Origin: an uncultured Alphaproteobacteria bacterium
GTDB taxonomy: Bacteria; Pseudomonadota; Alphaproteobacteria; Micropepsales; Micropepsaceae
Assembly: GCA_937865685.1 (NCBI GenBank)
Contig: CALMGU010000102.1
Coordinates: 596-24,595 of the forward strand
Direction of reading: 5' to 3'
DNA: 24,000 bases
Shown: piece after piece, positions 1-7,190 of the stretch
Position numbering within the stretch: position 1 is the first letter of the stretch
How the letters are laid out: each line of letters begins with the position of its first letter
Notes under the pieces: generated by a model
What the model was told of the DNA's origin: nothing
What the model saw: only the letters and a program-made list of their open reading frames with translations
Database searches by the model: none
Program-made: the position numbers and the translations under genes

Positions 1-354
1 TGGCAAGAATTGACCCGGCTCACCCAGGGAGCGCCCCTGGTGGTGGAGCGGGTACGGCTGGCGGACCGGGACATCACCGTGGAAGGGCAGTTCGTCCTGC
101 CGCAGCTGGCGCGGCTGTCTTCGGACGATCAGGTCTTTGTGGCGGCCTTTTTGCGCAGCCATGGCTCGATCAAGGAAATGGAGCAGGTGTTCGGGGTGTC
201 CTACCCCACCGTGAAAGCGCGGCTGAACCGCATCGCCGCCCAGCTGGAATTCGTCGACACCGACCCCAAGCCGCTCCGCAACGAAATTCTCGACCGGCTG
301 GACCGGGGCGAAATCAGCGCCGCCGATGCCATCCGGCAATTGGAGGGAAAATGA
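1..354 (+). CDS. DUF2089-type protein (HTH-containing putative regulator), 5' end probably cut by the window edge
   Basis: Frame 1 is open from base 1, so the TTG at 10 is probably not the real start. The C-terminal part has the HTH-like segment SIKEMEQVFGVSYPTVKARLNRI typical of DUF2089. The N-terminal zinc ribbon expected in this family is missing, which fits truncation. The stop overlaps the next ATG (ATGA at 351-354). Confidence 0.6.
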   Translation, partial: WQELTRLTQGAPLVVERVRLADRDITVEGQFVLPQLARLSSDDQVFVAAFLRSHGSIKEMEQVFGVSYPTVKARLNRIAAQLEFVDTDPKPLRNEILDRLDRGEISAADAIRQLEGK

Positions 355-629
355 CCCAGGAGATCCTGCCGCCGCTGTCCGCCAGCCTGCATGTCAAACC
401 CGCCGGCTGGCGATTCGGCCTCAAGCTGTGGTTGCCCTTGTTTCTGCTCTGGCTGCTGCTGATCCCACTCTTGATCCTGGCGTTGCCCTTGCTGTTCGTG
501 GGCTCGCTCATTTTCCGGTTCAACCTGTGGCGTTCGCTGCGCGCGGCGAACGGAGTCTTGGCGGCCACGCGCGGCTCTGAGGTGGAAGTCGATAAGCGCG
601 ATACCAGCGTCTTCATCAAATTGCACTGA
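351..629 (+). CDS. small hydrophobic membrane protein, operon partner of the DUF2089 gene
   Basis: 92-aa ORF with a long Leu/Trp/Pro-rich hydrophobic stretch (LWLPLFLLWLLLIPLLILALPLLFVGSLIF). Its start is coupled to the upstream stop by a 4-nt overlap. Confidence 0.55.
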   Translation: MTQEILPPLSASLHVKPAGWRFGLKLWLPLFLLWLLLIPLLILALPLLFVGSLIFRFNLWRSLRAANGVLAATRGSEVEVDKRDTSVFIKLH

Positions 630-648
630 GATCGAGAAGGAACGTCCC

Positions 649-1059
649 ATGCACGACAATCGCCGCCAGATCCTGGACATGCTGGCCCAGGGCAAGATCA
701 ACTCCGACGAAGCCGAACGGCTGATCGCCGCGCTGGAACGCAGCGACATGCCCGTGGCGCGCGACACCAGCGCCGTCAAATATCTGCGCGTGCTGGTGGA
801 CGCCAATGACGAGCAGGAAGGCCCCACCAAAGTGAATGTGCGCGTGCCGATGCAGCTTCTGCGCGCCGGCGTGCGGCTGACGGGCGTGATCCCCGACCGG
901 GCCCGCGAACAGGTCAACGAAGCCCTGCGTAAGGAAGGTATTCCTTTCGACATCAACAAGCTGACGCCGGACAATCTGGAAGACATGATCGAGCAATTGC
1001 GGGATCTGTCGGTGGATGTGGATAACGAGAGAGCAAAGGTCAGGGTATTCTGTGAATAG
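649..1059 (+). CDS. SHOCT-like domain protein (YvlB/LiaX-N-terminal-like), third gene of the DUF2089 operon
   Basis: 136-aa ORF. The N-terminal motif QILDMLAQGKINSDEAERLIAALE is a SHOCT-like helical motif. GGA-rich RBS (gagaaggaa) lies upstream of the ATG at 649. Confidence 0.55.
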   Translation: MHDNRRQILDMLAQGKINSDEAERLIAALERSDMPVARDTSAVKYLRVLVDANDEQEGPTKVNVRVPMQLLRAGVRLTGVIPDRAREQVNEALRKEGIPFDINKLTPDNLEDMIEQLRDLSVDVDNERAKVRVFCE

Positions 1060-1108
1060 GTTTTTTTGATTGCCCCCATCTGTCTGCCACGCGGGCAGTG
1101 AGGCCGCG

Positions 1109-1132
1109 ACAAAAGCTCAGTGGAGCTTTTGT
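1109..1132 (+). terminator. candidate intrinsic terminator / hairpin after the DUF2089 operon
   Basis: Perfect 10-bp stem ACAAAAGCTC / GAGCTTTTGT with a 4-nt loop AGTG. The 3' arm ends in CTTTTGT. It sits 50 nt after the stop at 1059 and upstream of rlmJ. Confidence 0.4.
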
Positions 1133-1217
1133 AGGCCGAACGCTAGCAGACATCTTCCCCCGCCAATGGCTTCGCCACGGGGGTAGAAAGCCGGAGCCTC
1201 GCTTCCAGAGTGTTTTG

Positions 1218-2042
1218 ATGAATTACAGGCATTCTTACCATGCCGGCAATTTCGCCGATGTCGCCAAGCATTTGGCGGAGGTGGCCATCCTTGCCCATCT
1301 GGCGAAGAAGGATGCGCCTTTCGCGGTGATCGACAGCCATGCCGGGCGGGGGCTCTATGATCTTGGATCGGAAGAAGCGCGCAAGACCGGCGAGGCGAAG
1401 GCTGGGATCGAGCGGATACGGGATTTGCCCGGTTCGGCTTTATCAGGTTCGGCTTTGCTGGAGCGTTATCTGAAGCTGGCGGCCGAGAGCGGGGCAGAGA
1501 CCTATCCCGGCTCGCCCTTGATCGCGGCGCGGATGCTCAGGCCGCAGGACCGGATGATCGCCATCGAAAAGCATCCGGCGGAGGCTGTGCTGCTGAAACA
1601 GACGCTGGCGCCCTGGCGCAAGGCACGGGCCGAAGAGGGTGACGGCTATGCGCGTCTTCTGGCGCACCTGCCGCCGCCGGAACGGCGTGGGCTGATCCTG
1701 ATCGATCCGCCATTCGAGGCACTGGACGAATTCGAAACGGCGGCGCGAACCATACGGGCCGCTGTCCGCAAATTCGCCACTGGTATCTATCTGATCTGGT
1801 ATCCCATCAAATCCACCGCCGCTGGTAACGCCTTTGCCGGGGAGATCCTGGCGAGCGGCGCGAAAAAAGTGTTGCGGATCGAGATCGTCATCGATGCCAT
1901 GGAAGGAAAGCTCAGCCGGGCGGGGCTTCTGGTGCTCAACCCGCCTTACGGATTCGATCGTGAAATGCAAGCCGCGCTGGCGATGGTGGCGCCGCGGTTG
2001 GGCGCGCTGGCGAAGCTGGACTGGCTGGCAGGCGAGGCCTAG
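1218..2042 (+). CDS. rlmJ: 23S rRNA (adenine2030-N6)-methyltransferase RlmJ
   Basis: Starts MNYRHSYHAGNFADVAKH, the characteristic RlmJ N-terminus. Contains IDPPFE and NPPYG motifs. At 274 aa it matches the family size. The track start at 1098 adds a 40-aa Arg-rich extension with no family support. Confidence 0.85.
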   Translation: MNYRHSYHAGNFADVAKHLAEVAILAHLAKKDAPFAVIDSHAGRGLYDLGSEEARKTGEAKAGIERIRDLPGSALSGSALLERYLKLAAESGAETYPGSPLIAARMLRPQDRMIAIEKHPAEAVLLKQTLAPWRKARAEEGDGYARLLAHLPPPERRGLILIDPPFEALDEFETAARTIRAAVRKFATGIYLIWYPIKSTAAGNAFAGEILASGAKKVLRIEIVIDAMEGKLSRAGLLVLNPPYGFDREMQAALAMVAPRLGALAKLDWLAGEA

Positions 2043-2046
2043 GCAG

Positions 2047-3393
2047 TCATTCCGCCGGGGATTGCGGCAGCGCCTTGTTGTCCGGCCGCTCCCAGCGCTT
2101 GGTCACCAGCGAGACCAGCCAGACCATCGCCGCGACGGCCACGGCCGCTGTCGCCCATCGCAATCCGCTCATCAGTCCATCGCGCGTGAATTCGGGCCAG
2201 GGAAATTGCGACAGGGCGTCGAACCGGTCTTCCATCCAATGCCAGGCCTGATGGGCGACCAGCGCCGAAAGAATGATAGTCCCCAGCCGCTGTGCCACCA
2301 CGCGGCGGAACAGGAAATTCAGGAATGGCACGAACAGGACCAGCATCACCAGCTGGCCGATCTCCACCCCGACATTGAAAGCGAGCAGCGACGGCAGGAC
2401 ATGGTCGCCCGCGAATTGCATGGTCTCGCGCAGGACGAATGAAAATCCGAAGCCATGCACCAGGCCGAAGAAGAAGGTGATGATCCAGCGCCGCGCCGGA
2501 TGTTCGACGACGATATTTTCCAGCGCCATGTAGACGATGGAGACCGCGATCAGCATTTCGATCAGGGGCGGGAACCAGAGCGCGTCCGGCGCCACGCCAT
2601 AGGCCGAGGCGATCAGGGTAATGGAATGGGCAATGGTGAAGGCCGTGACGACCGGGATCAACGGGCGGACGCGGCGGAACGGAATCACCAGGCAGAAGAG
2701 GAAGAGCAGGTGATCGATGCCTTCCAGGATGTGATAGAAGCCCATCACCACGAACAGCCAGGCCGCGTGATACCAGGTGGGATCCAGACGTACGAGGCCG
2801 GCATCGCCTTGCAGGTCATAGGCGCGGGCCGTGCTGCCCGGCGGCATGAACAGGACGGTGGTGGTTTCATGCTGCGCCAGCCGGTCGAAGGCGGCGTGCA
2901 TGGAGAAATAGGATTTGTCCGACTGGATCGGATATTCCAGCAGGACGTCGAGCTTGCCCTGTTCCCAGTAGAGCGTGGTCTCCGGCGGCAGCGCCGGCCC
3001 CGTCACATGGGCAAGAGCGGTCTCGTAATTGGAGAAGGAGCGGTCCGAATCCAGCGACATGCGGGTCGAGGCGATGGTTGGCTTGGGAAGCTCCTTGTCC
3101 CCTTCATACATTTTCAGGGTTTCGAGCAGGATCACGGTCGCGGCGGCGCGTAGCGACGGATCGACCTTGGCCATATCGACATAGCCGCCGGCCCGGCGGG
3201 GATATTCCGCATCGACATAAGTGGTGAGGGGGACGCGGATCATCACCTGAAGCTTGTGGCCTTCAGGCTTGACGAACATCTGCAAGGTCGCTTCGACCGG
3301 AATATTATGGGCGAAAGCGGGGAGCGGCAGGCTTAAAAAAGTCAGCGCCGCCAGTAGCAGAGCAAACTGGCGGCGCATGAGCTTATTCAACAT
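2047..3393 (-). CDS. HupE/UreJ-type (HupE_UreJ_2-like) membrane metal transporter with a large N-terminal periplasmic domain
   Basis: Signal peptide LSLPLPAFA|HNIP, then about 190 aa of soluble domain, then a polytopic membrane part. The membrane part has HILEGIDHLLFLF and GLVHGFGFSF motifs typical of HupE/UreJ proteins. It lies 22 nt downstream of the NHL gene on the same strand. Confidence 0.7.
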   Translation of the reverse strand: MLNKLMRRQFALLLAALTFLSLPLPAFAHNIPVEATLQMFVKPEGHKLQVMIRVPLTTYVDAEYPRRAGGYVDMAKVDPSLRAAATVILLETLKMYEGDKELPKPTIASTRMSLDSDRSFSNYETALAHVTGPALPPETTLYWEQGKLDVLLEYPIQSDKSYFSMHAAFDRLAQHETTTVLFMPPGSTARAYDLQGDAGLVRLDPTWYHAAWLFVVMGFYHILEGIDHLLFLFCLVIPFRRVRPLIPVVTAFTIAHSITLIASAYGVAPDALWFPPLIEMLIAVSIVYMALENIVVEHPARRWIITFFFGLVHGFGFSFVLRETMQFAGDHVLPSLLAFNVGVEIGQLVMLVLFVPFLNFLFRRVVAQRLGTIILSALVAHQAWHWMEDRFDALSQFPWPEFTRDGLMSGLRWATAAVAVAAMVWLVSLVTKRWERPDNKALPQSPAE

Positions 3394-3415
3394 TCGTACC
3401 TAACGAGACAACAGA

Positions 3416-4657
3416 CTATTTGTTGTCGGGACGGGCCACGCCCTGGTCGAACTTGACGACCTTAGCCATGCCTTTGTTGATGAACTTCTGGATACGACGG
3501 CCTTCATAGGTTTCCGTCGTGAACAGATTGCCCTTGGAGTCGATGGCGATCGAGTGCACGCCATGGAATTCGCCGGCATGGTTGCCGCCGTCGCCGAAGG
3601 TGGTGACGGGCGTCAGGGTCTGGCGGTCGATCACGACCACCTGTTCATTCACGCCGTCCGCCATGAAGATGTACTTCTGCTGCGGATCCTTGGAGAAGGC
3701 GATATCCCAGACCGAACCGTCGGTCATGGTGTTGGTCTTGTAGTACATCTCCTTCACGAACTTGCCTTCGGGCGTGAAGACCTGCAGGCGGTCATTCACG
3801 CGGTCGCAGACATAGACCATCCGGTCGACCGACATGTCGGCGCAGTGAACCGGGTTGCGGAACTGCTGGGCGTTTTTATCGCCCGGCTTGTATGCCGGCA
3901 GCGGCGTATCATCCGGCTTGTTGCCATAAGCACCCCAGAAGCGCTTCATCTTGCCGGTGTCGGCGTCGATGACCGCAACGCGGTGGTTCAGGTAACCGTC
4001 GGCGACATAGGCTTCGTTGGCCTTGGCATCGACGAACACTTTGGCGACGCGGCCGAAGCTGTCCGGGTCGTTCGAATTGGCCGCGAAACCGGCCTGCGAG
4101 GCTTCCGCGTTGGCGTCGGCAGCGGCACCGGCTTTGCGGCGCGCGCCGGCCTTGCCGTACTGCATCAGGAACTTGCCGTCCTGCGTGAACTTCAGGATGT
4201 GCGAGTCCGGACCGCCATTGCCGCCGATCCACACATTGCCCTTATGGTCCACGAAGATGCCGTGGTTGGATTCCGGCCAGTCATAACCCTGGCCCGGGCC
4301 GCCCCAGGCGTGAAGCAGATTGCCCGCTTCGTCGAATTCCAGAACCGGCGGCGCCGCCTGGCAGCACTCGCCAAGGCCGCGCTGCAGCTGATTGGTGGTG
4401 CGGTCCACGGTGTTGGCGCGATGCACCATCCAGATGTGATCATTGTTGTCGACCCACACGCCGATCGCCATGCCCATCACCCAGTGATTGGGAAGCGGCT
4501 TCGGCCAGAAAGGATCGACTTCGAATTTCGGCGCGGTCGCGCCCACCTGCGCAACGGCTTTACTTTGGAACGCGACTTGCGAGATGCCCAGCGCGCCGAG
4601 CAACACGGCGAAACTTGCGCCGATCGCAAAATTCCGGGAACGAAGAATATTTTTCAT
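3416..4657 (-). CDS. secreted NHL-repeat six-bladed beta-propeller protein (peptidyl-alpha-hydroxyglycine amidating lyase-like)
   Basis: N-terminal signal peptide. Repeated blade-like segments (HGIFVDHKGNVWIG, AYVADGYLNHRVAVIDADTGK, VYVCDRVNDRLQVFTPEGKF, IFMADGVNEQVVVIDR, HSIAIDSKGNLFTTETYEGRRIQKF). Strong RBS GGAGGA upstream of the ATG. Confidence 0.65.
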   Translation of the reverse strand: MKNILRSRNFAIGASFAVLLGALGISQVAFQSKAVAQVGATAPKFEVDPFWPKPLPNHWVMGMAIGVWVDNNDHIWMVHRANTVDRTTNQLQRGLGECCQAAPPVLEFDEAGNLLHAWGGPGQGYDWPESNHGIFVDHKGNVWIGGNGGPDSHILKFTQDGKFLMQYGKAGARRKAGAAADANAEASQAGFAANSNDPDSFGRVAKVFVDAKANEAYVADGYLNHRVAVIDADTGKMKRFWGAYGNKPDDTPLPAYKPGDKNAQQFRNPVHCADMSVDRMVYVCDRVNDRLQVFTPEGKFVKEMYYKTNTMTDGSVWDIAFSKDPQQKYIFMADGVNEQVVVIDRQTLTPVTTFGDGGNHAGEFHGVHSIAIDSKGNLFTTETYEGRRIQKFINKGMAKVVKFDQGVARPDNK

Positions 4658-4692
4658 TAAGGCTCCTCCAGCGAGCGAAGGGGCCCAATTTT

Positions 4693-4698
4693 ATTATA
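4693..4698 (-). promoter_or_regulatory. candidate -10 hexamer for the NHL/HupE operon
   Basis: The minus strand reads a perfect TATAAT, about 35 nt upstream of the ATG at 4657, inside a short AT-rich island in GC-rich DNA. No convincing -35 is visible. Confidence 0.25.
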
Positions 4699-4758
4699 TG
4701 CCCCCGACGGCCGCGAGGTTACACGAGGCACGGCCGTTCGCAAACACCTCCGCGTCCG

Positions 4759-4779
4759 CAAAACCCGGTCTGTGACCGG
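4759..4779 (-). terminator. candidate intrinsic terminator after the alpha/beta hydrolase gene
   Basis: The minus strand reads CCGGTC-ACA-GACCGG followed by GTTTTG, immediately after the stop at 4784. Confidence 0.45.
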
Positions 4780-4783
4780 AAAG

Positions 4784-5833
4784 TTACGGCTGAATTCTTG
4801 TCAGAATTGTATCGATTTCTATGCTGCGCGGCGCGGCCAAGCCGCCATATTTGGCGTCGATATTCTTGACCGCCTTTTGGGCATCGGCGCGGTTGCCGCT
4901 GGCGATCAGGGCATCCGCCTTGGCCAATTCGCCGGCAATTCCGGTTTCGATGGCGGCACGGCAAGCGGCCATCCGGTCCGGGTCCGGCCGCTCAGGCTCC
5001 AGCAGAGCCTGAAGCGCCCGCGACAGGATGGCAGGCGGCGCGACATCATGACCGGCGAAGGGCATGCGGATGCTCGCCACATCAGAGACGCACCAGTCCT
5101 GCATCGCGCGCTTGCTGCGCATCTCCGATTCGACATTGGCGGCATCATGGTCGCCGGTCACATAGAGAAGCCGCGTCCCGGTCTGAAACTGCCGGAACAG
5201 GGACGCGGAGGGCAGCGGCTCGGTGATGGTGCCGATCACGTCGCTGCCCGAGTTCAGCAAGGCGCCATGAAAAAGATCGGGATAGGCCAAGGCCAGGCGC
5301 AGTGCCATGCGCGCGCCGCCCGACATGCCGCCGACATAGACTTGCGCGGAATCGATCGGATATTGCGCCATCACATTCTGCGCCGCGATCAGGGCCAGGG
5401 GCTCGCGGCGGCTGATAATGTCTTCCTCATTGCCCGATCTGGCGGCCGTCACGAAAATCATCCCGAACTGGTCCAGCACCGGACCCCAGCCCTGGGGCAA
5501 TTGCGCCTTCTGCCAAGGCGGGACGAACACCATCAGGCGATAGCCCTGGGGCGGCCTGGTCGCCGGCACATAGACAAGGAATTTCTCTGCCGCCAGGTCG
5601 ACCGAAGTTTCGCCAATGGTTTTTCCCTTTTGCGCAAGGTCGCGCCGGATACCGGCGAGGGTCAGGGGTGTGAAAACCCGGCCGAGAAGCTCCGAATTGC
5701 GGGCCAGCGCCGGATAGCTGGAAAAAGTCACATCTTCGCGCAGTCCGGAAGCCGGCGGGCTTTCCTGCGCCATGGCGAGGCCGCCACAGGCCGCTCCTAT
5801 CACTGCAATTGCGAGAAAACGGATGCGCACCAT
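4784..5833 (-). CDS. secreted alpha/beta-hydrolase fold esterase (PHB-depolymerase/LpqC-like family)
   Basis: Signal peptide FLAIAVIGAACGGLAMA. Nucleophile elbow GGMSGGARMA (G-x-S-x-G). A later GDHD and AGHD supply candidate Asp/His residues. RBS GAGGGGA upstream of the ATG. Confidence 0.6.
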   Translation of the reverse strand: MVRIRFLAIAVIGAACGGLAMAQESPPASGLREDVTFSSYPALARNSELLGRVFTPLTLAGIRRDLAQKGKTIGETSVDLAAEKFLVYVPATRPPQGYRLMVFVPPWQKAQLPQGWGPVLDQFGMIFVTAARSGNEEDIISRREPLALIAAQNVMAQYPIDSAQVYVGGMSGGARMALRLALAYPDLFHGALLNSGSDVIGTITEPLPSASLFRQFQTGTRLLYVTGDHDAANVESEMRSKRAMQDWCVSDVASIRMPFAGHDVAPPAILSRALQALLEPERPDPDRMAACRAAIETGIAGELAKADALIASGNRADAQKAVKNIDAKYGGLAAPRSIEIDTILTRIQP

Positions 5834-5949
5834 AATCCCCTCGCCGAAAGATTACCGGACATGCAGGGGATTTGCCTGTCCCCGGGCGCGTTGCCGTCAT
5901 GCATGAAAAATGGGCCGCTTTGGATTTCGCCCGCAAAGGCGGGCGCGGC

Positions 5950-5978
5950 TTGCCAAGCGGGGGCCGCTCAAGTATCTC
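5950..5978 (+). promoter_or_regulatory. candidate promoter of tRNA-Ser
   Basis: TTGCCA (5950-5955), a 17-nt spacer, then TATCTC (5973-5978). This places the start about 7 nt upstream of the mature tRNA 5' end. Weak match only. Confidence 0.3.
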
Positions 5979-5985
5979 CGCCGGC

Positions 5986-6075
5986 GGACAGGTGGTCGAG
6001 TGGTCGATGGCACCGCACTCGAAATGCGGCGAGCCTGCAAGGGCTCCGTGGGTTCGAATCCCACCCTGTCCGCCA
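5986..6075 (+). tRNA. tRNA-Ser (anticodon CGA)
   Basis: Acceptor stem GGACAGG / CCTGTCC, discriminator G and encoded CCA. Anticodon stem CCGCA / TGCGG with loop CTCGAAA. Long variable arm and T-loop GGTTCGAATCC. Collinear with canonical bacterial tRNA-Ser, 90 nt. Confidence 0.93.
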
Positions 6076-6096
6076 GCCCCTTCGGGGGCTTTTTTA
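6076..6096 (+). terminator. rho-independent terminator of tRNA-Ser
   Basis: GCCCC-TTCG-GGGGC hairpin (UUCG tetraloop) followed directly by TTTTTTAT. Confidence 0.9.
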
Positions 6097-6223
6097 TTGC
6101 CTGATCCACCGCGCTCCGTTGCTCCACGCATTAACTTACTTTGTATGTTTTCGTTGTAAACTGTTCCAATTCTGCTAAAAGATGACGCTCAGGGAAATTG
6201 CTTAGGCCCTGGGGGCGCACGTC

Positions 6224-6484
6224 ATGTCTGAAGGTCAGACACCATCCACTGCCATGCGGGTATTCACGGTCGAGTGGGATCCGATGCAGAAGAAATTTAT
6301 TGCCCGGAATGATCTGTGTGAACCGCTCGGCATTACGGCGGATCGGGCCAATGCCATCGGCATTGCAATCCGCAGCGCCAACAATGCGGCGCGAGCAGGA
6401 AGCTTCATTGCCGTGAAAGTGCTGCTCCAGAGCGGCAAGTATCGCACCGAATACATCACCCAGCCGGTGCCCGACCGCCGCTGA
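6224..6484 (+). CDS. hypothetical small protein (86 aa), orphan ORF next to tRNA-Ser
   Basis: Only a plausible ORF in a lower-GC stretch. Third-codon positions are visibly less GC-biased than in neighbouring genes. No motif recognised with confidence. A possible sigma70-like promoter lies upstream: TTGTAA (6154-6159), 16-nt spacer, TAAAAG (6176-6181). Confidence 0.4.
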   Translation: MSEGQTPSTAMRVFTVEWDPMQKKFIARNDLCEPLGITADRANAIGIAIRSANNAARAGSFIAVKVLLQSGKYRTEYITQPVPDRR

Positions 6485-6665
6485 GCGCGGTCTACGCGCA
6501 AAATGCCAATCCGTGCGCCGCACCATGCCGGTGTTTGCAGCGAATGCCGGGTTTCGGCGACATCTTCGGGATAATTCGCTTGTGCGTCTGGTGGAGAATT
6601 CCCACTATCCGCCACGTTGTTTGACTGCGCCGTTCGGCTGGCGATGTCGAAGGGGATATCTGGGG

Positions 6666-7190
6666 ATGAGCACCAACCAGCTTCTGGCCGCGATGGATGA
6701 GGTGCTCGAGCAGGGCGAGGTCCTGCTGATGGGGTTGAGCGACGCTCAATATGCCGATGCGGATGGTTCGCGGACCTCTGTCGGCGCGCATTACCGCCAC
6801 AGCCTGGAACACTTCAAGCTGCTGCTGGAGACAGTGAACGGGCCCGAAATCGATTACGACCGGCGCGAACGGGATGCCGAACTGGAGCAGGAACGGCTTT
6901 TCGCGCTCCAAGTGACGCGGGATTTCCGCCATGCCGCCCGGTTTCTCTCCACCCTCAATCCCGACCGGCCGATCCAGGCGCGCACCAAGATTTCCTATGC
7001 CGCGTCCGGGGCCTGTTCGGCGCCTTCGACCGTCGGCCGCGAGATCATGTTTGCGGTGTCCCACGCCATTCATCATTACGCGCTGATCGGCATGATCTGC
7101 GACCTGCGCGCACTGCCCGTGCCGCCGGATTTCGGCGTCGCGCCGTCCACCATCGAATATCAAAAGACCATCGCGCGCAGATCGGCATGA
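6666..7190 (+). CDS. DinB-family (DinB_2-like) four-helix-bundle metalloprotein
   Basis: His-containing motifs GAHYRHSLEHF and VSHAIHHYALI fit the DinB His triad. RBS AAGGGGA precedes the ATG at 6666. The track start at 6513 adds an Arg-rich extension. The stop overlaps the next start (ATGA at 7187-7190). Confidence 0.6.
   Translation: MSTNQLLAAMDEVLEQGEVLLMGLSDAQYADADGSRTSVGAHYRHSLEHFKLLLETVNGPEIDYDRRERDAELEQERLFALQVTRDFRHAARFLSTLNPDRPIQARTKISYAASGACSAPSTVGREIMFAVSHAIHHYALIGMICDLRALPVPPDFGVAPSTIEYQKTIARRSA

Noticed and set aside
375-387. A 13-nt exact match (CTGTCCGCCAGCC) between 375-387 and the tRNA-Ser 3' end/terminator junction (6066-6078), considered as a possible att-type direct repeat.
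   Set aside because: It lies upstream of the tRNA, not downstream, so it is on the wrong side for an island integrated at the tRNA 3' end. It lies inside a coding region. It is short and GC-rich, so a chance match in GC-rich DNA is plausible once all possible sub-strings are considered.
1098-1217. N-terminal extensions suggested by the ORF track for rlmJ (1098), the DinB-like gene (6513), the SMP-30-like gene (12030), DUF58 (15747), the APC permease (17955), DUF1328 (20505) and LysR (21083).
   Set aside because: The extensions are Arg/Pro-rich, lack RBS support, exceed normal family lengths or overlap neighbouring genes. Internal starts with RBS-like sequences give canonical N-termini or signal peptides.
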